A DNA stretch of 64,000 nt from Octopus vulgaris (GCA_951406725.2 OX597816.1:25544001-25608000), one strand, 5' to 3'; shown: positions 25,350-40,718, counted from the first letter of the stretch. Notes: generated by a model from the sequence alone, not told the origin. Numbers and translations: made by a program.

Positions 25350-26532
25350 CAGGGTCTTGCAGATAGATTGAGACCGATTTTAAGCAGTGGGTTTTACATT
25401 TTCGCTTTTGACAAAACCTTGCTTCCTTGAAAATCTAATATTTTTCTTTATTTTTCAGATAACGAGGGAACTGAATCGCTAACAGAAAGTCATAGAACAA
25501 CAGAATCATTTCACCATTGTTGTTTTGGTGCGCGCCGAGCACACTGACAATAAAATTGTTAAGTTGGTGAAACTTCCAAAAGCCACAGTTTATCGTGTGT
25601 ATAACCAATTTAAAGAAGAGAGAAAGATTGATAGAAGAGAACACAAGATTCGAAGTGATTCCAAGCGCAATCCAAAGTTTCTCGCTGGCTTCAAATGCCC
25701 GACTGAAGTCAACCCATCCACATCCATGACAACTCTTGCAAAGAAATGCAATGTGTCTCTTTCCATTGTATTCAGAGCTGTGAACAGGAACCTTAGCATG
25801 ACTATCTATGTTCGACGATGCCATCACACCTCAATAGTCAAAGCCAAAATAATCAGAGCTCAGAGATGCCCAAAGCCTCTATTATTCATCAAGCACCACG
25901 TTGTCAGAAAAACTCGTGTTTATGTACTGGCAGAAGTCCACTGTGGATGCTGAGGTGAATGGCAGAAATTCTCGAATGATTGCATACAAAACTTCTGGTG
26001 TCTCCCCCGTGTTTGAGATTAAGAATCCTGCCTCTGTGATGGTATTTGAAGCCGTGGCGAGTGATGGAGGTGTCATGGATCCACAGTTCATTGAGTCTAG
26101 CTTGAAGATCGGCATATATGTTGTTCTTATTCAGGATTCTGCACCATGCCATGGGTTAAAAATAACACAGGCCTTTCTTTGTGAGAACGTGCCATTTTTT
26201 TAAGGCGTAGCAAAAGCCCAGATCTCAACCTTCTTGGTTACATTTTATGGGGCATATTTCAAGCAACGACCACACTCGGGTGTCAAGAGTCTGAAGACCT
26301 GCATCTTACCTGCGACACGCGAAATCAAAGGGGCGCAGGTCGCACCAGCTGCAAAAAAATCGTTCTCGTGTGGAGGCAGTAATTGCCCAAAGGGGCGCCC
26401 ATATTGAGTGATAAATATGTTTGTTGTAATAAATCTTACAGTGAAATTGTATCTGTCTACTACCATTATTTTAATATTTATAACCAATGTTATGCATCGC
26501 AAAAATTGTCTCAATTTATCTGCAAGACCCTA
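25350..26532 (+). mobile_element. Decayed maT-like (Tc1/mariner superfamily) transposon with TIRs
   Basis: TIR cagggtcttgcagatagattgagac / gtctcaatttatctgcaagaccct, TA flanks; HTH, NPASVMVFEAVASDG, QDSAPCH, SPDLN; frameshifts. Confidence 0.85.
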
Positions 26533-26875
26533 TATATGTGTATGTTCATATATATAAATTTAAACATACAACATGACTTAAAGATTTGATCAATTTAAGC
26601 TCACAACCTGACATAAAGATTTGAACGTTAGTTGTGTGCATACATGTAAGCATATGGTTGTACGCACACCTGCGTAGACTGTATACATTGCAAACAAATG
26701 TCTTAATCTTTGAAGACGAAAGCAAATTAGATATTTGCTTACCAGTTACAATTGATTTCCTGTTGTTGACTGTAGGCTAAAGCATCGAGAGTATTGATAT
26801 TTTGACACATGTCTCACTATGTAAATTATAGACGGATACATCCATGTGTACAAGCATGAATATAGCCATATGAAA

Positions 26876-27450
26876 GGCGGCGAGCTGGCAGAAACGTTAG
26901 CACTCCGGGCGAAATGCTTTGTGGTATTTTGTCCGCCGCTGCGTTCTGAGTTCAAATCCCACCGAAGTCGACTTTGCCTGTTATCCTTTCGGGGTCGATA
27001 AACTAAGCACCAATTACGCACTGGGGTCGATGTAATCGACTTAATCCGTTTGTCCTTGTTTGTCCTCTCTGTGTTTAGCCCCTTGTGGATAGTAAAGAAA
27101 TAGGTATTTCGTCTGCCGTTACATTCTGAGTTCAAATTCCGCCGAAGGTCGACTTTGCCTGTTCATCCTTTCGGGGTCGATTAAACTAAGCACCAGTTAC
27201 GCACTGGGGTCGATATAATCGACTTAATCCGTTTGTCTGTCCTTGTTTGTTCCCTCTGTGTTTAGCCCCTTGTGGATAGTAAAGAAATAGGTATTTCGTC
27301 TGCCGTTACATTCTGAGTTCAAATTCCACCGAGGTCGACTTTGCCTTTCATCCTTTCGGGGTCGATTAAATAAGTACCAGTTAAGCACTGGGGTCGATAT
27401 AATCGACTTAATCCGTTTGTCTGTCCTTGTTTGTTCCCTCTGTGTTTACC
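26876..27450 (+). mobile_element. SINE family B trimer
   Basis: One head ggcggcgagctggcagaaacgttagc plus three ~187-bp bodies. Confidence 0.88.
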
Positions 27451-27702
27451 TCCTTGAGAAAGCTTCTTACTATCTAGCCATACCTGTATCTAGAGAAGAA
27501 AATAAAATCGCAGATTTTACTATGCGATTTGCATTGGAATCGCTTAATAAAGATAAGACGGAAGAACATAAAAATACAATACGAAAATTGTGTATTCAAT
27601 TAATTTTTATTGATTGCTCAAGAAAGGATATTTAGTGCTGTATAACAAGGAGATTGGAGTAGAACTCCGAATACATACTATACCTACATACATAAACATA
27701 CA

Positions 27703-27779
<77 letters not shown>

Positions 27780-28035
27780 GGGAGGGAGAGAGAGGCTTGG
27801 ACAAAAGTCACCTGGCAGTAAATCAAAGTACCCATTTAATTCCAAGATTAAAACAAAAAATTATTTTATTTGAGTCTTCGATAATAAATAGATAAATGTT
27901 GAAAAGCAAGAAACAGTGATTTTAACTCACAGCATTCAATAATTAAACATTTATAATTGGAATGAATAAATAAAATTGAATATCAAGTATTTATGGAATT
28001 TTTATTTACTGTCTGGTGACTTTTGTTCAACACTG

Positions 28036-28085
<50 letters not shown>

Positions 28086-28293
28086 AAAAATGGGAACAAG
28101 AACGCAAAACACCTGGACAGCTAGGTGATACAAAAAGGTACAACAAAACTTTCCAGATACGCGATACAAAGAAAACAAGTAGAGGTCATTCGAAGTTTTC
28201 TTTCCTCAGTCAAGCACCAGGTTATCCTCACAATTTCGGTTGATTATAATATATACACGCGCACTCACGTACATACATACATACATACATACC

Positions 28294-28365
<72 letters not shown>

Positions 28366-28496
28366 TGTATGTATGTATGTATGTATGTGAGTGTGTGTGT
28401 ATATATTATTCTTTAGTATATCATCAACCAGTCTGAGATTTGATGGCTGGAAAAAGAAACAAAAATAAAGACAGTTAGCAAACGTAAACTAAATGA

Positions 28497-28575
<79 letters not shown>

Positions 28576-28996
28576 TCGAGCGTGCGCAGCCATGTCATGT
28601 TCTTTGTTCAGAGTAGTAAAACGCAGTTGATAAATATCAATGAAGCACTTTATACATATTACAAAAGGGAAAATATATATTTACGCTACAATTAATCATA
28701 AAAGTGGTCACACAAAAACGAGTCGAATAAAGGTCTTGTAGTTTTACAGATGCGTGTGCGTGTGTGTGTGTTGCGTGTGTGTATGTGTGTATATATGTGT
28801 GAGTATGTGTGTGTTTATATATGTGTGTGTGTGTACTGGCGTGGCTAGGCGCAGTTGTGCCTATGTGGGAAGAGGTTTACTTCTTAACCACATGGTTTCG
28901 GGGTCGGTCCCACTGTGTGTTACCTCGGGCAGGTGTCTTCTACTATAGCTTCGGGCCGACAAAAGCCTTATGAGCAGAGTGGAAACTGAAAGAGCT

Positions 28997-30150
<1,154 letters not shown>

Positions 30151-31059
30151 AGTTCAAATTCCGCCGAGGTCGACTTTGTCTTTCATCCTTTCGGGGTCGA
30201 TTAAATAAGTACCAGTTACGCACTGAGGTCGATATAATCGATTTAATCCGTTTGTCTGTTCTTGTTTGTCCTCTCTATGTTTAGCCCCTTGTAGGTAGTA
30301 AAGAAATAGGTATTTCGTCTGTCGCTACGTTCTGAGTTCAAATTCAGCCGAGGTTGACTTTACCTTTCATCCTTTCGGGGTCGATTAAACAAATACTAGT
30401 TACGCACTGGAGTCGACGTAATCAAGAAATATATATTAACCATGTAATATAGTAACTAAATGGAAAATAATCCTTTTCTACTCTAGGCACATAGGTCCTT
30501 AATTTATCGAGCCCAAAAGGATAAAAGGCAAAGTCGGAATTTGAACTCAGACGAAATACCTATTTGTTTACTAAACACAGAGAGAACAAACAAGGACAGA
30601 CAAGCGGATTAAGTCGATTATATCGACCCCAGTGCGTAACTGGTCCTTAATTTAGCAACCCAGAAAGGATGAAAGGCAAAGTCGACCTCGGCGGAATTTG
30701 AACTCAGAACGTAGCGGCTGACGAAATACTGCTAAGCATTTCGCCCGGCTTGCTAACATTTCCGCAGGCTCACCACCTTGAAATCGAGAATATTTCCGAA
30801 GAATATATTAGTTGTTTTTCACAATTTATAGCCGATGGAGGGGAGGCAACTTCTCACAAATAATGTTAACTTGTATTGCAGTCACAGTGAACAAGGTTCG
30901 TACGGAATAGATTCTACAAAAGCCTTGCAGCTCGATCGGCAGAGACTGCCTGATCTCTGAGCTATGTCACCTACTGAGATCCTGCGATGTTACAAACGTA
31001 ATAGAATAAAACATAAATGAAATAAAACGGAATATAAATAGAAAATATAATGTACTCAC

Positions 31060-31620
31060 TTTCACATATTCTTTCAAGCATTGATTTCTTGATATCGTTT
31101 AGATGATCGAAATCTTTCACTATAAATGTGTGATCGGAACTTGGACGACTGGCGATTTCCTCAAGTTCATCCCGTTCAACATCTCCGACGCCAATCGTAT
31201 AAACGGTGACGCCCGCATTCCGTAGTCGCTCGGCTTCTAAAAATGCTTTGGACTTCTCCCTTATAATTCCGTCCGTCATTATTATAGCAATGTCGGGAAC
31301 CCCTGGTCTATTGCCGTATTTTGTGCTAAACATCGATTGTCTTAGGGAGCTCAGAGCTTTGTATGTATATGTCGGATACGATCCGCGATAGCTAATTTTA
31401 TCAACTGCTGTTTGAACTTCATCTAAAGTACTATACGTATTTAATTTAAAGTTCTGAGAAACGTATTTGCCGAAAGATATGGCTCCGGTACGAACGCCGT
31501 CAGGACCGATATTGAAAGACGTTGTGATATCCCTCACGAAAGATTTAGCAGTCTTGAAATGTTTTGAACCGACACTTTTAGAGTAATCTAAAGCAAATGC
31601 TATATCGGCTTTTCCACATA
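31060..31620 (-). CDS. vWA domain 3 exon (561 nt)
   Basis: cag/gtgagt, phase 1-1; ADIAFALDYSKSV, TYTYKAL, IIMTDG. Confidence 0.95.
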
Positions 31621-31940
31621 CTGAAAGAACGAGAGGCCAAAAAAAGGGAATTATCAGAAGCAATTATTATATCATTCAACATCATCAAAATTAAAATGTT
31701 ATTCGTTAGATAATTCACACACACACACACACTCACACACATCACACACACACACACACACACACACAATGTATATATAACATATATATGTGTGTATGTA
31801 TGTGTATGGGTGTGTGCGCCTATGTATGTGTGTATGCATGTTTGTGCGTGTGTGTTTGTTTGCCTACGTGTGATATATGCATGTATACACACACACACAC
31901 ACATATATATATGTTATATATACATGTGCGTGTGTGTACT

Positions 31941-32010
<70 letters not shown>

Positions 32011-32020
32011 TATACACACA

Positions 32021-32081
<61 letters not shown>

Positions 32082-32359
32082 CAAAACGAGACTGGAAATA
32101 CAGTTTTTGTATTATTTATTTATTGCTATTCTCTGCTGCAGTATCGATATAAATGGGGATGTAGGTGCTAGTCAAGGTGAATAACTCAACCTATATTTGA
32201 CATTCCTGGGCTGATAAGTTCCAACTACGAAATTGATAGTGCTTTTAGAATACCTAGCAGTAAAATTAACACTATTAACAATCCTGCTTTAACGCCTAGT
32301 TCTGTGAGTAGGGTTACCTCATGAAGCACACCAGCATATTCCAATGCTCCAAAAGTATG

Positions 32360-33000
32360 TATAGTTTTTATAATTGTCTGAAGCGAGATGAAAAATACTG
32401 GGAAATAGTGTTTGCAGAGAGATTACATATCGAAAAGGGTTAGGAAAAGTGGCTGTGCGATTATAGTGGGAGTTGTGCAGAAAGTATGGGCTGGAATATT
32501 CCAGTGACTGGTATGGGCCTCATAAGGGCGGCGAGCTGGCAGAATCGTTAGCACGCCGGGCGAAATGTTTAGCAGTATTTCGTCTGTCTAAACGTTCTGA
32601 GTTCAAATTCCGCCGAGGTCGACTTTGCCTTTCATCCTTTCGGGGTCAATTAAATAAGTACCAGTTATGCACTGGAGTTGATGTAATCGACTTAATACCT
32701 ATGTCTGTCCTTGTTTGTCCCTTCTATGTTTAGCCCCTTGTGGGTAATAAAGAAATAGGTGTGGGCCTCAACTGTTGTCTGTAGCAGAGAATGACCAGGT
32801 GAAACACACATGGAATATGCTAATCTACACAGGTAAGAAGGTGTAATATAACTGACCATAAAATCAATTTCCTATGGAAGGAATCCAAATAATGGACCTT
32901 TATCGATGTAGTTATTTCTGGAGACCAGAATACTGTGAAGACAGAGAACGAGAAAGTCGCGAAGTACCAAGCCCTAACATTGGAAGTGAATCGCATCCAC
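32360..33000 (+). mobile_element. R4/Dong-like non-LTR retroelement fragment (restriction-like endonuclease region), interrupted by family B SINE 32526-32759
   Basis: ELCRKYGLEYSSDWY..AENDQVK..EREKVAKYQALTLEV; SINE flanked by tgggcctca duplication. Confidence 0.65.
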
Positions 33001-33555
33001 AGAGCCTCAAAAGTGATCGGTACACTTGGGACCATCTCAAAGAGAGCAATATTCTGGCATGAAAAGCAGCAAATATCAAACTTCATAGGAAGTAGACAGT
33101 GAGCAAGAGCACTCGGAACAGCACGTATTGAGGAATGTATTGCTTCTATAAGCTGTAAGAAGGAGATGAGATGTGACAGGGATAACTGCCATTTTGTCAT
33201 GGCGCTTTTTGGTGGTTTTGGGCATACAAAAATTGTTTCAGATGGTTTTCGCATTATCTACACAAAATTGGGACTGCTGGTTTTTCAGCAGCAAGGATAA
33301 ATTTTTTTGAATCCTTCTTTAAAATTCCATGTCTTTATTCTCAAAAAGTACCCACATCCTTTCCCTGTACGCTTTCTCAGTTTGCTTGAGATGATCTTCC
33401 ACAGTGAATCAAGATTTATTAAGCTTTCTGATGCTTTGAGATAGATCCTTTTGTGCATGACGTCAGATTATTTGCTTGAAAGTAAGACATTACTTTTCGC
33501 TAATCCTAATATTGGTATGTATGTCATTGTTGAGTTATATTTCAAGATTTCTTGC

Positions 33556-33621
<66 letters not shown>

Positions 33622-34175
33622 GATTTCTAACCTACATTCAAGTCTCCTTCATTGGAAGTTCAACAACGGTAAATTTGATTGTTTGTATGTATGTATGTAT
33701 GTGTGTATGTACATGTGCATACATGTGTATGTGTGTATGTACATGTGAATTTGATTGTTTAATTGTATGTATGTATGTATGTGTGTATGTATGTGTTTAT
33801 GTATATGTGCAAATTTGTATGTATTGTTTTATGTATGTATTCTCATGCATATAGTTGCATATCTAGACATGCTCATATATATATTTAAATGATAAACCTC
33901 TTGAAAGTTTTACAGATTTTTACAGTTCCAGTGATGGATTAGAATCTGTAGTCTTCGAATTAGCTTTCTCGTATCCCAGGACCTCAATAATTACAGGTAT
34001 AAACCTCAACTTGTAATCTAGATGAGTAACTGCAGATTTCTGAATAGTTCAACGTATGTATGTATGTATGTATGTATGTATGTATGTATGTATGTATGTA
34101 TGTATGTATGTATGTATGTATGTATGCGTGTGTGTATTTGGCGTTTCGTGTACTTAGAAAAAGAGTATTACTCAC

Positions 34176-34307
34176 CTTCTAGGGAATATTTATCTATGGA
34201 GCAATCATTTCCTTCATACTGTTCGGTACAAGAGCACGTGAAACTGGTGCTATTGCTGGAACACGTTCCTCCGTTTTTGCAAGGACTACTTAGACAAAAA
34301 TCACGTT
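34176..34307 (-). CDS. EGF exon 8 (RDFCLSSPCKNGGTCSSNSTSFTCSCTEQYEGNDCSIDKYSLE)
   Basis: 132 nt, cag/gtgagt, six Cys plus short linker. Confidence 0.92.
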
Positions 34308-34857
34308 CTGGTGGATATCATTAATAGAAAATACGTGTAAGGATTTCTTTTAAATTTATGATTCAATCAATTTAAGCGCTCATTTAGGGAACATTTATTA
34401 TTCGAATCGTCTTATGATGTATTTGTATTTTGCAGATAGACTGGGAGACGCAACGTAGCAGAAATGTTGGAAGACGGTATAGAGCAGTGTGTTGTTAATT
34501 TACATATACGAGAGAGTGATAAAAATGTCCTGGCTTTAAGGGTGTCGCGAAAGGGCTGGCTGGAGTCCCAACGTTCCAAGTTCTTTTACAGGGTTTAGAA
34601 AAGCTAAAGGACCGCTGCAATAAGTTCGTGAATCTGAGAGGGAGATATACACTTTTACTCTTTTACTTGTTTCAGTCATTTGACTGTGGCCATGCTGGAG
34701 CACCGCCTTTAGTCGAGCAAGTCGACCCCAGGACTTACTCTTTGTAAGCCTAGTACTTATTCTATTGGGTCTTTTGCCGAACTGCTGAGTTACAGGGACG
34801 CAAACACACCAGCATCGGTTGTCAAGCGATGTTGGTGGGACAAACACAGACACACAA

Positions 34858-34902
<45 letters not shown>

Positions 34903-35217
34903 TATACATATATACGACAAGCTTCTTTCAGTTTCCGTGTACCAAATCCACTCTCAAGGCTTTGGTCGGCCCGAGGCTATAGTAGAAGACACATGCCCAA
35001 GGTACCACGCAGTGGGACTGTACCCGGAACCATGTGGTTCGTAAGCAAGCTACTTACCACACAGCCACTCCTACGCGTATATGGTTAGGAAGCACGTCTC
35101 TTAGCCGCAAAAGTTTATCCACATAGCCATACTTCACACATATTACGCAAGCTTATAAACATAGCTACGCTTGACACACATTATATAAGAACGTCGAATT
35201 ATAACAATAATAATTAC

Positions 35218-35778
35218 CTTTACATGTCTCTTGTTCTAATATATTTTTGAGATTGTCTAAATCTTCAAACGATTTTACAGAGAAATGATGGCTCGAACTC
35301 GGGCTGCTGGCGATCTTCTTGAGTTCATCTTCATCAGCATTGCCGACACCAATAGTATAGACTTCAACTCCCATACTCTTTAACCTCTCCGCTTCTTTTA
35401 TTGCTTCCTTACTATCGGACGATTTACCATCACTGATGAGAACAACCACGTTCGGAGCATGTTTTCTGTCACCGGACTTTTCTGTGAAAGAATCTGTCCT
35501 CAAGTATTTTAAAGCTTTGTGCGTATTGGTTGCTGAACCAGCACCGTAAGAAATTTCGTCAATTCCTTTATTTACACCATTTATATCGCTGTATTTGTCT
35601 AAATCAAACTCATTATGGACATATTTAGCGAATGTAATTGCACCGACGTGAACTCCGTCATCGCTAATTGCGTACGATGATGTCATATTTTTCACAAACC
35701 GTTTCATCAAATTAAAGTTTTCTTTTTTGACACTGCCGGATTCATCTAATACAAACATTAAGTCCATGTTTTCACACT
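35218..35778 (-). CDS. vWA domain 2 exon (561 nt)
   Basis: cag/gtaatt, phase 1-1; DLMFVLDESGSV, TNTHKAL, VLISDG. Confidence 0.95.
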
Positions 35779-35794
35779 CTGAAAAGAAAAGAAT

Positions 35795-35848
<54 letters not shown>

Positions 35849-35849
<1 letters not shown>

Positions 35850-36151
35850 TAGCAGTATCGCCCGGCGTTGCTCGGGTTTGTAAGGGAAATAACTATATAG
35901 GCATTTTTCGAGAGTTACTTCCCTTATATAACCCGAGCAAATATAATTAAAAATGCAGAAAAATGATGGTAAATTTGTTTTAAAATCGTAGACTCATTGT
36001 AGACGCGCGCTAATACCCAGAAGGGCTCGATATGAATGACGACTATAAGATACCCGCTTTTGGTTAGACTGCACCGGAAAATGTGGAGTAGTTAGGAATC
36101 TAAATCGGAGGAGACAGAGTCTCACACACACAACTTCAATTTTATATATAA

Positions 36152-36154
<3 letters not shown>
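35849..36154 (-). mobile_element. Non-autonomous Helitron-like element; another 3' end at 43755-43790
   Basis: Minus strand A|TCTTTATATATAAAA ... CCCGAGCAACGCCGGG hairpin ... CTAG|T, no TSD. Confidence 0.75.
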
Positions 36155-36212
<58 letters not shown>

Positions 36213-36213
36213 C

Positions 36214-36246
<33 letters not shown>

Positions 36247-36855
36247 ATATATAAATTAGAGAAAACGGAGACACAAAACCAGAGATTCAAAGAATGTGAA
36301 TATTCTGATGAAATTATGCTGAGTGTTAAAAGGCAAAACAGAAGTTTAGGACGACATTCCGCGTTTGTAAGGTAGCTTCGATTCTCAAATGTAATCACTG
36401 CATTTTATGTAAATACTGAAAGCCATTAGAGACATCCTTCGGTCATGAGTGACTGTGGGATTGCACCTAGAAATTTCCTCTTCTAGGAACGAAACGGGCA
36501 AGGTTGTTCATAGAAGACCAGCAGTCACCCATGCATACCAGCCTCCCCTCTCCGCGCCACCGAGGTTATCCAAGGGAAAGGCAAAGGCTGATACAGCTTA
36601 ACACCAATGATATCTCAACTCATTTCTACAGATGAGTGAACTGGAGCAACGTTAAATAAAGTGTCTTGCTCAAGAACACACCACAGCCCGGTCTGGGAAT
36701 CGAACACGCAACCTCACAATTGTGAACCTGACGCTCTAACCACTGAAATAAATAATAAAAATTGATTTAGACGTCTGAACTTATTTTATACCGTAATGTT
36801 TTATTGTTCCACTAAAGATATTTTTTATCGTTCCTTTATAAAATTCGATACTTAC

Positions 36856-36969
36856 CAAATGAACAGTTTTCACCTTTGAAACCATTTTTACAGGTGCAAG
36901 TAAAGTTTTTATATCCACTTACGCATGTGCCTCCATTTAGACACGGACTGCTTCGGCATTTATCAGCCA
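36856..36969 (-). CDS. EGF exon 7 ([37 protein letters not shown])
   Basis: 114 nt, tag/gtaagt, six Cys. Confidence 0.92.
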
Positions 36970-37775
36970 CTAAGTTATTTGAAGAAAAACGGAACAAAAA
37001 AATAATAATTACGTGAGGGAAATCTCATAGGTTTATAGCGAAAGAGTTTTTTTTTAAATTTCTACATCCTGTATTTAACATTGCAATAAAGTATATTGTA
37101 AACGTTAGTACTGGGTGTACTTTAAACTGTAACCAGTGGTGAGGCACTATTTCGGTTGTTGTAGGGAGTGTGGAGTCACCACTTAATTGTTATTACACCC
37201 AAATCCGTTATTGACCCGAAACGAGAGTATCTATCATGGTTCCATCTATGGGATAAATAGAATTTCGTAAGGGTAGATGGAACACCTTAGCGTAAGTAAC
37301 ATTAAATAATCTAAAAGAAGGAATGCTCCCAAATAAACACCGTCGACCGACATGCTCTAAGCCAGGACAGAAGAGTGTGGCTGATGAAATTAGGATGAGG
37401 CATGTCCAATAACAGATTAATACTGTGGAGGTAACTATCACCTTTTAGTACACATTCTGCCACAGGTGGAGATAGAGGGATAATATTGGAAATCCGTCGT
37501 ATATATATATGTAGAAGATTGAAAAGGAACACACGACTTGATATATATGGAAAAAAATAGTCAAGGTAGAAAATGTTAAAATGATTTTATCAAGTACTGG
37601 TTTCAGTCATTGAGACTTTTTCAACTGTAAGTATAGAAAACAATTAAAGTTTTGAAAAAGTAAAAGAAAAGTTTTTCTGCTTGTCTCTGTCTCTCTTGTT
37701 TACTCTTGTGGGTTCCAGGTCGTTGTGTCAACGACCTCGAACCCACAAGATTTTTTCTTTTTTTTTCAATGGCCC

Positions 37776-37836
37776 GATAACTGAAGAGATGCCGGCTTGG
37801 GTTTCCGCCCTGACATCCGAAACTTGAAGTTTAATC
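37776..37836 (+). ncRNA. Hammerhead-like motif
   Basis: GATAA-CTGAAGA-GATG..CATCc-GAAACttgaaGTT-TAATC. Confidence 0.5.
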
Positions 37837-37941
37837 ATGGCTACCGAATAATTGTCACATATTATTATATTTACAGATAAATTCCTCTATTTACATAATA
37901 TCGAGGTCTCTTTCATTCTTTTGTTGTCTTGCCATTTCTAT

Positions 37942-37986
<45 letters not shown>

Positions 37987-37989
<3 letters not shown>

Positions 37990-38612
37990 GATATTTTTAT
38001 GGAGGCAGCACATGCGGAGTCTAAAAGAATATAAGTAAAATACAAATTCGAAACTTATATAAATATATACATTCTTTATAAAATGGAAATAAAAATTCCA
38101 GAATAAATAGATATATATATATAAATAGACAAATGTCGATGGAATACATAAACTGAGGCCGGTCAACCGTCAGCAGCATTGACCGGTCCTGGTATGTCGA
38201 TGTATTTTCGAACTTTGTGTAATATCCTGATGAGGGGAGTGCCATGATTAATAATATGGAAATATGTCAAATTCCATGGCACATCTCTGAAACAGCCCGT
38301 AGATGTGATTTTTATATTTTTTTCTTTCGTTGTTTTTAATAAGTCTCTTTACTACTTAATCCTCTCAAGAAAGAGATTTGATTTCATCATACTAAAGTAT
38401 TATAATTTTAAATATATTTACAGAAGAAATTTTTCCTTAAATTCAATCGTATTTTATGTATTCCATCGACATTTGTCTATTCATGTATATTTATGTATTT
38501 TGGAATTTTTATTTCCATTTTATAAAGAATAGATAAATTTATATAAGTTTCGAATGAGTATTTTAATTATGTTCTTTTAGATTCGGCACGTGTTGCCTCC
38601 ATAAAAATATCA
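37987..38612. repeat. ~160-bp inverted repeats flanking the 38222 hammerhead
   Basis: 37987-38150 is the reverse complement of 38455-38612 with mismatches. Confidence 0.8.
38222..38306 (+). ncRNA. Type I hammerhead motif with long stem II
   Basis: ATATC-CTGATGA-GGGGAGTGCCATG..CATGGCACATCTCT-GAAACagcccGTA-GATGT. Confidence 0.65.
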
Positions 38613-39354
38613 TTTTGAATATAGATCACAACGAGCACTATCTTCCCATCTGTATATCAATTGGAGTTATTGTTAACATTAACAATCTCTAAATAAACCA
38701 TATATGTTATCGAGTGAAAAACGGTATGGACACTTTGTTTTTGCTTTGGTGTCTCGCTCTGCTGTATACGACTATAAGGATTTGTATCTCCAACGAAACT
38801 CGTCTTTTTCCCAAACTTATAATGTAATACATGTCTTTGGTGTGGTAATTGTGCGCGGCTGAGGAAGGCTATTGACATACATATTACATCAATTATGCAT
38901 TGATATAAACTGTCTAATAAAGCCAGAAACATATGTACCGCTAAATCCTTTGCATCCTGTTTTTATTTTGATAAATATGTATGTATATATATATTTATGC
39001 GTATATCTTTGTGTCTGTGTTTGCCCCACCCCCTCCACCATCACGTGACAGATGTTGGTGTGTTTATGTTCCCGTAGCTTAACGGTTTGACCAAAGGGCC
39101 CGATAGATTAAGTACTAGGCTTACAAAGAATAAGTCCTGGGGACGATTTCATTGATCAAAACCCCTTCAGACGGGGCTCCAGCATGGTCGCAGTCAAATG
39201 ACTGAAACATGTAAAAGAATAAAAGAATATAAATATATTTCTTACAAACTTTTCCAGTATGAATTCAAACCATTTTGGTTTTAACTTTGCATTTCATCCC
39301 CACCAGGGGTGATGAAACATACTATTTTGTTATTTGTTTCGTGTTTTTACTCAC

Positions 39355-39465
39355 CTGAAGTGCAGTTTTCTCCTTCATAATCCTCTGTGCATGCGCAAAC
39401 GTAGTTGTCACCATTTTTGAAGCATGTTCCACCGTTTTTGCAAGGACTGCTAGCACACGGATCAA
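39355..39465 (-). CDS. EGF exon 6 (DPCASSPCKNGGTCFKNGDNYVCACTEDYEGENCTS)
   Basis: 111 nt, weak aag acceptor, gtgagt donor, six Cys. Confidence 0.88.
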
Positions 39466-39876
39466 CTTTCGTAAATATAGACAAACGTAAATTATAAGCA
39501 TATAATTACATAAATTCATCCACATATACATGCAAACATAGATTTACACACACACGTATACATAATATTACGTAAGCTGTGATGGAGAAGGCGGATGTAA
39601 TGGTTGAATGGTTAGCGCGTCGGACAAAATGCCTACCTGAATTTTCTTCCGCTTTAAAGTTCATCTCTTCGACGTCGATAAAATAAGTACCAGTTAAGTA
39701 CTGGGGTGCATGTAATTCACTTGACCCCTCTCCTTAAACCTTGCAACGGACCATTGTCCCATCAGGGATAGGTTGTGCTCTCGGTCAGTTACACGACTTG
39801 GAAACCGGGTAGCCGACCTCAAGAAAAACAAACTGGGGTTTAAAAAGAACTACCAATCGCTGAAACGCTAAAACTA

Positions 39877-40111
39877 CCTATTTGTTTATTACCCACAAGG
39901 GGCTAAACATAGAGGGGACAAACAAGGACAGACATAGGTATTAAGTCGATTACATCGACCCCAGTGCGTAACTTGTACCTATTTAATCGACCCCGAAAGG
40001 ATGAAAGGCAAAGTCGACCTCGGCGGAATTTGAACTCAGAACGTTAAGACAGACGAAATCCTGCTAGGCATTTCGCCCGGCGTGCTAACGATTCTGCCAG
40101 CTCGCCGCCTT
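39877..40111 (-). mobile_element. SINE family B monomer with TSD aaacgctaaaactac
   Basis: 15-bp direct repeat on both sides. Confidence 0.88.
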
Positions 40112-40604
40112 AAAACGCTAAAACTACTACAATTCTTTTCTGTTCCTCGATCCAAAAGATTTACTATGGAAAATACACAAACATGGTGTTATCGCCCCTC
40201 ACGACTCGAAAGTATTTTGGGTTGTGCTTAATTAAATGATGTGAGGGCGCGTGGCTTAGTGGTTAGGGCATTCGGCTCATGATCGTAAGGTTGTGAGTTC
40301 GATTCCCGGCGACGCGTTGTGTCCTTGAGCAAGACACTTTATTTCACGTTGCTCCAGTCCACTAAGCTGGCAAAAATGAGTTGTACTTGTATTTCAAAGG
40401 GTCAGCCTTGTCACTCTCTGTGTCACGCTGATTATCCCCGAGAACTACGTTAAGGGTACACGTGTCTGTGGAATGCTCAGCCATTTGCACGTTAATTTCA
40501 CGAGCAAGCTGTTCCGTTGATCGTATCAGCTGGGACCCTCGTCGTCGTAACCGGCGGAGTCAAAAGTCAAAGAGAATTAAATGATATCAATATTGTAAAC
40601 CAAC

Positions 40605-40718
40605 CTTTTGAACAATCAGGACCTTCAAATCCCTCCTGACATGTGCAATTGTATGTGTTGTGATCATGTGAACAATTTCCTCCGTTTTTGCATGGGTTGC
40701 TTTGGCATGGATTTTTTT
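40605..40718 (-). CDS. EGF exon 5 (KNPCQSNPCKNGGNCSHDHNTYNCTCQEGFEGPDCSK)
   Basis: 114 nt, cag/gttggt, six Cys. Confidence 0.92.

Noticed and set aside
31621-31663. Signal peptide MLLIIPFFWPLVLS at start of ORF 30971..31663
   Set aside because: It is the intron's pyrimidine-rich end upstream of the cag acceptor, and the ORF starts at TTG; the same applies to the ORF extensions of the other vWA exons
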